Shown in pieces: positions 56,783 through 64,000 of a stretch of 64,000 nt of DNA; positions within the stretch are counted from its first letter, which is position 1; each line of letters begins with the position of its first letter. Origin of the DNA: Octopus vulgaris (taxonomy: Eukaryota); the NCBI GenBank assembly GCA_951406725.2, contig OX597818.1, positions 102,424,001-102,488,000 of the forward strand, read 5' to 3'. The notes under the pieces were generated by a model, which had not been told where the DNA came from, made no database searches, and was given only the letters and a program-made list of their open reading frames with translations. The position numbers and the translations under genes were made by a program.

Positions 56783-58939
56783 TTAGTATTCCTGGCCCAG
56801 GGTGTTTAAACTTGGTCTAAATTTTTTTATGAAATATAGTTCTTTATTTTGGCGTTGTGTGAAGGTTGCGTTGTCACTGAATTTATAGAGCGGGTTAGTT
56901 GTAAATTTCGGATTTACATTTCCAGCACATCTATCTATGTGTCCGCTGACCGGTATTTTGCGGTAATCAGGGTTTCTAATTTGTGATTTATGCACCGCCA
57001 TCCTGTTACGTAAGCTATTTTTTGTATGGCCTATATACTGCCTATTGCAGCCTGCGCATGTTATGACGTAAATTAAGTTTTCTGATGCGCAGGTGAAGTT
57101 TGTTCTAATGGTGAACTGGTGGCCTTGTTCCAGTATAAATTCTGATCCTTCTTTCAAGATGACACAGATTCCGCAGTTGGGCCTTCCACATTTTCTAACT
57201 GCTGGTTTTGTGGTTGATGTTGAGTGCAGTGTAGCTTGGGTTAAAATCCTTTTCAAGGATTTTGGTTGCCGTTTACTTTTAATGATGGTGTGTGTTTCGA
57301 GGATCCGGTTCATCTTTGGGTCTCCCTTTAGTAGGGCTGTGCTTTGTAGTATGGTGTTGAAGGCCTCATTGTTGAGTGGGTTGTGTGTAGAGATGTAGGG
57401 AAGGGTTTTTAATTGTTCTTTCTTTTTTGGTTTTGTTTGTCTCAGGTCTTCTATACTTAATTTAAGTACCCGTTGGATTGCACTGTCTATTAGGGGCTGT
57501 GGATAGTTTCTATTTGTGAGTGTGGTTGTAAGTTCCTGGAGACGTGTGTGTCGGGTGTTTGTGTCTGATATTATGGTGCAAATCCTTCTAGCTAAACAAA
57601 AAGGGACATTCATTCTAGTGTGTCGTGGGTGGCATGAATCAAAGGGTAGGTACTGTTTAGAGTCTGTCGGTTTATAGTAGATATCTGTCTCTATTTTGTT
57701 GCCGGTTATCTTAATGAGGATGTCTAAAAATGGTAATTCTTTTTCGTTGTGATCCATCGTGAATTGTATATTGTCATTTATTCCATTTAATAGAATTTTA
57801 AATTCCTCAAGTTTCTCTATGCCTTTGTCCCAGATGATGAAACAGTCATCGAGGTATCTTTTCCAGTTGTTATGGATATAGGTGGCGAAGGTGTTGCCAT
57901 ATTTCTCGAGTGTCATCCGGTATAGTATTTTCTCGAGGTATCCCATCACTAGGTTGGCAAAAGATGGTGCAGTACGCGTGCCCATCGCTGTTCCCGATCT
58001 TTGCCTGTAGAAATCATTGTCAAAAATAAAATAATTGTTCTCTAAAATGAATCTAAGTCCTTCTATTATTAGGTCTTTGTTTATGCGAGTTGGGAGTTCA
58101 AAGGGGTAGTTATTCAGCCAGAAGGTGATTGCTTCTATTCCTAGGTTGTGAGGGATGTTAGAATAAAGATTAACTACGTCGAATGATACTAGAAGGGTTT
58201 TCTCATTGACTGTTTTAGGGAGGTGGTTGAGCATATCTATATCGTCTCTTACGTAGCTTTTGATGTGTTTTAGGAAAGGTTTAAGAAGTGTGTCTAAGAA
58301 ATTGCTGAGGCGGTGAGTTTCCCATGCTGGCCCTGCTATTATCGGTCTTCGTTTAAGATCATTTGGTGAAGGGATTTTGATGAGTGTGTCGGTGGATGTT
58401 TTGCACGTTTCTCTAATGGTTTGGCTTTTGTGTACCTTAGGGATACCATAGAACAAACTCGATTTGCATTTGAAGTTAGTGATGTATTCATACTCCTTGT
58501 TCGTGAGTCCTTCTTGGTATGTGTTGATTAATGTCCTAAGGTTATGCATTATTTTTTGCTGGTTATACTGTTGGGCCCTTTCATAATACGTTTCATCTCT
58601 TAATAGGGATAGCACTAAATTTTTATAATTGTTTGTATTCATTATTACTATCGCGTTGCCCTTATCTGCCTCCTTAATTGTTATTGTTTTGTCTTCTTTT
58701 AGTTTGATGAGGTCGTTCCATTCTCTTTTGTTGAAGTTAGGGCTGTGTTTTTGTTTCTTGATGAATTGAAACGGGAAATTAGTTATGTAGTCACAATAGC
58801 GGTCTAAGGCTTTATTCTTACCTTTGGTGGGGGTGTAATTGCTCTTGTTTCTAGCTATTGAGTCCTCCTCTATTTGTTTGTCTTGAAATGCCTCGGTGAG
58901 TCTTAGTTTTCTGCAAAATTCCGAAATATCATCTTTCAT
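56783..58939 (-). CDS. Penelope-like reverse transcriptase / GIY-YIG endonuclease (Neptune-like), 5'-truncated; frame open up to ~59027
   Basis: LSKGLKFTPTP upstream of the listed Met; ADKG, FYGIPKVHK, RPII, SFDVVNLYSNIP, GTAMG, RYLDD, LPFLD; Cys linker CGRPNCGIC; GIY-YIG NLIYVITCAGCNRQYIGHT..R..H. Confidence 0.95.
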   Translation of the reverse strand: MKDDISEFCRKLRLTEAFQDKQIEEDSIARNKSNYTPTKGKNKALDRYCDYITNFPFQFIKKQKHSPNFNKREWNDLIKLKEDKTITIKEADKGNAIVIMNTNNYKNLVLSLLRDETYYERAQQYNQQKIMHNLRTLINTYQEGLTNKEYEYITNFKCKSSLFYGIPKVHKSQTIRETCKTSTDTLIKIPSPNDLKRRPIIAGPAWETHRLSNFLDTLLKPFLKHIKSYVRDDIDMLNHLPKTVNEKTLLVSFDVVNLYSNIPHNLGIEAITFWLNNYPFELPTRINKDLIIEGLRFILENNYFIFDNDFYRQRSGTAMGTRTAPSFANLVMGYLEKILYRMTLEKYGNTFATYIHNNWKRYLDDCFIIWDKGIEKLEEFKILLNGINDNIQFTMDHNEKELPFLDILIKITGNKIETDIYYKPTDSKQYLPFDSCHPRHTRMNVPFCLARRICTIISDTNTRHTRLQELTTTLTNRNYPQPLIDSAIQRVLKLSIEDLRQTKPKKKEQLKTLPYISTHNPLNNEAFNTILQSTALLKGDPKMNRILETHTIIKSKRQPKSLKRILTQATLHSTSTTKPAVRKCGRPNCGICVILKEGSEFILEQGHQFTIRTNFTCASENLIYVITCAGCNRQYIGHTKNSLRNRMAVHKSQIRNPDYRKIPVSGHIDRCAGNVNPKFTTNPLYKFSDNATFTQRQNKELYFIKKFRPSLNTLGQEY

Positions 58940-59031
58940 TTCATAATAATTAGAACGTTGTGGGGTGGGTGTAAATTTAAGTCCTTTGGAGAGTATGCTT
59001 ATTTCGTTAGGTGTAAGTTCTTTGTCCTATC

Positions 59032-59406
59032 TTGAAAGAAGGATCAGAATTTATACTGGAACAAGGCCACCAGTTCATCATTAGAACAAACTTCACCTGC
59101 GCATCAGAAAACTTAATTTACGTCATAACATGCGCAGGCTGCAATAGGCAGTATATAGGCCATACAAAAAATAGCTTACGTAACAGGATGGCGGTGCATA
59201 AATCACAAATTAGAAACCCTGATTACCGCAAAATACCGGTCAGCGGACACATAGATAGATGTGCTGGAAATGTAAATCCGAAATTTACAACTAACCCGCT
59301 CTATAAATTCAGTGACAACGCAACCTTCACACAACGCCAAAATAAAGAACTATATTTCATAAAAAAATTTAGACCAAGTTTAAACACCCTGGGCCAGGAA
59401 TACTAA
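59032..59406 (+). pseudogene. Inverted duplicate of the GIY-YIG C-terminus within the right arm
   Basis: 124 aa identical to the end of the 718-aa ORF except T->I; no true start codon. Confidence 0.92.
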
Positions 59407-59572
59407 AACAAAAGATAAGTCCTCCGAAAAGGAGAACCAAATTTCACCACGGCCGCTACTTCAAACAGACACTCACTCTGACGGAAATATGCCTTAGTAA
59501 AAAAGGGAACAAAATTCTTTCGTGCAAATCTGACCCTGATACATACGATACAGCTAAGGGTCAGACCCGATT

Positions 59573-59946
59573 CTGATTGGTCAACAAGTTGATGACGTCT
59601 AGCTCTGCTAGAATGGACAGGATACAAACAGGGGACAGTCATTAGTCAGAATATTGATGACGTCCTTTTCTGCTTGAATAGTCACCTAACAAGTACAGAC
59701 AGGGGGCAGATCTAATGTAGCTATAAGTCGTGATTGGGCAGAATCTGAATGACATCCCGCTATGCTTGACTAACGAAGCGACTGGTCAAGACAGGAAACA
59801 AACAAGAGGGAGTTATAATGCAGCGATTGGTCAAAATAATGATGACGTCCCGTTCCACTTGATTAAAGCCACCTAACGAAACGATTGGTCAAAACATTGA
59901 TGACGTCACGCTACGCTAGATTGACCACCTAACAGGCATTATAAAA
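59573..59946 (+). promoter_or_regulatory. pLTR promoter: 5x (ATTGG-N12-TGACGTC) plus TATAAAA, pointing right
   Basis: ATTGG/ATTAG at 59576, 59641, 59733, 59826 and 59884, each exactly 12 bp before TGACGTC/TGACATC; TATAAAA at 59940-59946. Confidence 0.7.
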
Positions 59947-60268
59947 CCAAGCATTTCACAAAAAATCACTAGAACCACCCAGCGAACTTCCACCATGGGT
60001 CATCACAATTGCTTAAGGTAAAAATGAATTCCTCGCTCTTTCGGAAACATCAATCTTCTGTATTGACCGCTTTCCACCACTTTGATCTGTTTTTTGTATT
60101 GAATACGTATCGCCACCGTGGGCCACTGCATCGAACACTTTGAAATATACTTCAAACTATATATCAACTATACATGAACTATATATCAACTATACATGAA
60201 CTCTAAGATGTCTGACTCCGTTGTGTATTATAAATGAATTTCTTGTGTTTGACGGCATGAGCTGTCTC

Positions 60269-60339
60269 TTTTTATATATAACTTTTTTTGATAAGGTTCA
60301 TTTCAGGAACTGAAACATGTTATAATGTATATATAAAAA
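60269..60339 (+). ncRNA. Variant type I hammerhead ribozyme in the right pLTR
   Basis: TTGATAA (U3-A8 in place of C3-G8) - GGTTC ATTTCAG GAACT - GAAAC AT GT T; distal stem I TTTTTATATATA/TATATATAAAAA. Confidence 0.55.
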
Positions 60340-60383
60340 TTAAAAATTGTATAATACAGCAGCATTTTCGAACTTCATTTTTT

Positions 60384-60440
<57 letters not shown>

Positions 60441-60445
<5 letters not shown>

Positions 60446-61952
60446 GCTCGTATATTAATGTTAAAATGTCGTTTGTGAATTAAAATGTATATCAAAATAA
60501 ATTGTACGAGCTTTAATATGGTAAAAACTCTACCAGGTCAACATGTAAATTTTAAATTAAAAATAATCGTTATTTTGCGTAATTTACGTCGCCACTTAAT
60601 TTAAGAACGATTTGGAAAATTTAATTTTTTGGCGTTATTGCCTAATAGAAAGGTAGGATAATTTGCATCTAGTTAAAATGTTTAAATTACGCCATAGTTG
60701 GGATGGGTAAAAGACAAACTTATCAATAGAAATCAGAGCGAGGATCGTTCAGCTTAGTAAGCTGAAATGGTCATATAGATCTATTTCAAACGAAATTGGA
60801 TGCTGTAAAACAGCCTTCTAGAATGCTGTCCATCTTTATACAGAAACTAAGGATTATAAAGACCGCTCTCAACCTGGGCAACCGACAAAAACAACGACAA
60901 GAATGGTTAGATACATTCATAGATTGTCCCTCAAAAGTGAAAAATGAACACTTTTGACATTTTAAAAGAAATTCGGCAAAAATATTGACTTACCATTGGC
61001 GTGTCCACCACAAAAATCTGTCTGAAAGAATTTGGATTTCTAGGAAGTTTCTCGCAAAATACTATACATTCTTTTAAAACATCGACGTGCACGAATACAG
61101 TTTGCATTTGAATTTGAGTCCAGCAAATTAGTCGAATGTGTTGCGGTCGAACGAGTTAAAGTTCAACGTGTTCGGCAGTGATGGCAGGGAGCATGTAAGG
61201 AGGCGTATAGGCGATGAATATCATCCAGAATGGATCTGATCTACAATTAAGCAGAGTGGTAGAAGTATGATGATGTGGGGGTGCATGTTTGGAAAAGGCG
61301 TCGGGTATTATGGATAGTAAGCCCTATATACAAATATTGTATAAGACTATGCTTCCACACAACCTAAAACATTTGGGCCGATCTTGGACCTTCAAGCATG
61401 ACAACGAATCGAAAGACAACTCGTACCGTGTCGCAATTTACACTAGGTCTAAGAGAGTTCGGTTTATGTAGTGAGCGGCGCAGTCACTCGACCTACATCC
61501 CATCGAACATTTTTGGGAAAGGTTGGGTAGAGTTGTACAAAAATAGGAAACCAAAAGAATAAGGATGATTTTCTTTTAACTTTATTAGTCAAAATAGCGA
61601 AAAAATATAAAGATCAGTAATAAATGATCTGAACAATTCTGTTTCACCGATAAAAAGCTGTACTAAATAATTTGGGATACCCAACGACATACTGACTGTA
61701 AGAGCTTATTATTTTTTTAAAACTCAGAATGAACTTCTTAAAGCAAAGAATTTTTACAAATCGTTCTTAAATGGAATGGCGCTATAACTTACGATGATTA
61801 AGCTTTTTATTTTCAGTTTAAAATTAATATGTTGATCCTATGCTGTAAAGATGTGCAATTTTCTTTATGCTCATATGAATCTTACTTCACAATTTACAAC
61901 TTGAATACATTAAAAAATGGCATTTTAGCATTAAAATTCAATGCCGCCACTG
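60441..61952 (+). mobile_element. Degenerate Tc1 (DD34E) transposon with long (~180-200 bp) inverted repeats
   Basis: Peptides MGKRQTLSIEIRARIVQL, SNELKFNVFGSDG, SMMMWGC, FKHDNESK, QSLDLHPIEHFW and GYPTTY*; inverted ATTTAAGAACGATTTG / CAAATCGTTCTTAAAT; right end CACTG followed by TA. Confidence 0.85.
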
Positions 61953-62079
61953 TACATGTAGGTATGTATATCTGACATGAAATTCACAAGTGTGTCACAT
62001 GATATATTCTGTTCGTAGTTATTTGTTTTTGTAAAGAAAGACATCCGAGAATATTTACACATGTTGATATGTATGTATT

Positions 62080-62112
<33 letters not shown>

Positions 62113-62123
62113 ATATATATATG

Positions 62124-62174
<51 letters not shown>

Positions 62175-62441
62175 CATATTATACACGAACACATATATGC
62201 GTGTTTTTGTATGTGTGCGCATGTGTCTGTATGTTTGTAAAAACAAATAAAGGAAAAAACCTTCAAACAATGTTATTTTTTACCTTTTACATGGACTTCG
62301 ATATATGTGCAGGTGAATGGAAACATGCGTAATTGAAAGGAACATTCACATATATATACTTGCACACCTGTATATGTAAGCACTCAAACACACACAAACA
62401 CACTCACACACACACATCCACACACACATATATATATATAT

Positions 62442-62475
<34 letters not shown>

Positions 62476-63477
62476 CATGTATGTATATACACATAATTGT
62501 GTATGCGTGTGCGTATATTTTCTATTGTATTCCAATTTCTCTATCTCATTGTATTTTTAACAATCGGATTTCTGCAGCCCTATTGGCAAATCCGAAAAAT
62601 ATTTTCTTTTTATGTTTTAATTTTTTATTGGGTAATGTTTTAATATTTTGTCCTCTAATTCATGTCTTTTTGTCACGTTATTTTTATTGGTAATATGACA
62701 ACGCAAGGATGAAAAGAATCTGAACAGTATTGTTAGAAAGGCTGTATTGACTTGCAGTAACACTTTTACAAAGAAAAGATTTTAGGAATATGCGTTTATT
62801 ATGTTCTCTTATATGATTCTCTGGGGGATATTAGAAATATATTTTCCTTATGGATGACATAGCTCGAAAGGGCATATTTCCCATATAGTCGGCAAACCTC
62901 GCCTTTCTGAATAGGAAAGGAACGCATTGATATAAGCAGAAAGCTAGGAATCATTACACAAATACCTTTAATGATAGTAAAAATTAACGATACTTTGCTG
63001 GGTGGAGAAACCAGTAATGACAAATCCCACTTGATCTATAATGACAGTGTGAACAATATTGATTTTTAATAATAATTTGGTCAGATTTCACAAAACAGTT
63101 GACAATAGGATATCAGTGACAGAAGTAATACCTGCTCGAAATTTTTAACAATGGACACGGCTATTATGAGAAAACGGTTTGCAGCAAAGAATTATTTTTA
63201 CATGTTTCATTAGATAAAAAAATTAACCTGAATGCTGAAGAATATAGAAGCATTGCCTCAGGTGTGTTGAGAATCTAATAACACTTAAAAACCGAAGAAA
63301 ATGAATACAATTTAGTAACATCTACAGCCATTTTATAAATGATAACTCAGCCAGAGAAGGTTCAATGAAACTTACACTAGGTTTAAAATAAGGAAGACAT
63401 CAATCTAGTATCCAAACAGAGTTATAATAATCACAAAGGTTATTTAGTTGTATAAGTATGAATGCATAGTTTCAAAG

Positions 63478-63527
<50 letters not shown>

Positions 63528-64000
63528 GCACAGCATAATCGATAAAATGAAAATATAGAAGTTTATAGCGTAATATTGTCCTGATCATAGGTCCACAAAT
63601 AGATTTGGAAGAGTGCATAATACACGACTTCTCTTCTGGCATAAATGGTATGTATTATAAATTACGATAAATGTTATAGCAGAGTCTTTGGTGAGGAAGA
63701 TGAGCGATTTGGAGGTGATGATGATGAGGCGGAGAATAATAAGAAGGATGAAGGTGATGATGACGAAGGAGTTGAGGAATGATATTCTGCAATTGATGGC
63801 TGTACTGGTACTATCGAGTATATTCTTGATTCAGTGTGATGTCTTCATTTAAGCCGTATTTATATGCGTTTTAAATGACTTTGATGTGGAGCTCTGAATG
63901 AGATTGTTTAGTAATGAAAGATATCCATTGACATTCATCCTCTCTTACAAGTCTCTTAAGTGGATTTTTCTGTCACATTTGATGTTGCATTTGTAGGAAA

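Larger units (their letters stand above)
55768..60386 (-). mobile_element. Penelope-like retroelement with inverted pseudo-LTR (arms 55804-57160 and 59029-60386)
   Basis: 5'-truncated RT/GIY-YIG ORF joined head-to-head with an inverted copy of its last ~1.36 kb; about 4 differences seen between the arms; ~35-bp extra tail on the left; (TA)n on both flanks. Confidence 0.96.

Noticed and set aside
56547-56786. 79-aa ORF and its mirror at 59403-59642; also 57093-57398 and 44144-44614
   Set aside because: Antisense shadows of retroelement UTR or ORF sequence.
63675-63850. Acidic (plus) or Ser/Pro-rich (minus) reading frames as a host exon
   Set aside because: Low-complexity GAT/GAA-derived sequence, bounded by stops, with no ATG or convincing splice sites.

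Overview
AT-rich, microsatellite-dense eukaryotic non-coding DNA. The SINE families and repeat make-up resemble a cephalopod (Octopus-like) genome; this is an inference from recalled repeat motifs, not a database result. No host protein-coding exon could be supported, and most short ORFs in the track are microsatellite artefacts. The window is a transposon landscape: (i) a young Penelope-like retroelement (RT + GIY-YIG, Neptune-like) with ~1.36-kb inverted pseudo-LTR arms at 55.8-60.4 kb, carrying a variant hammerhead and a CCAAT/CRE/TATA promoter; (ii) three R4/Dong-like (RT-CCHC-RLE) LINEs ending in (TAA)n, plus a pile of ~545-bp non-coding (TAA)n-targeting elements; (iii) three mariner and one Tc1 relics, MITE/Helentron-like elements and many tRNA-derived SINEs. 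The best candidate for an undescribed system is 20868-22200: a non-coding ~557-nt circularly permuted unit, present as two inverted arms of ~1.2 units each in (TA)n. It contains a type I hammerhead ribozyme and extensive nested self-complementarity, so it looks like a large retrozyme (viroid-like circular RNA retroelement) probably mobilised by Penelope-like elements. All alignments and folds were done by eye; boundaries of degenerate elements are approximate.
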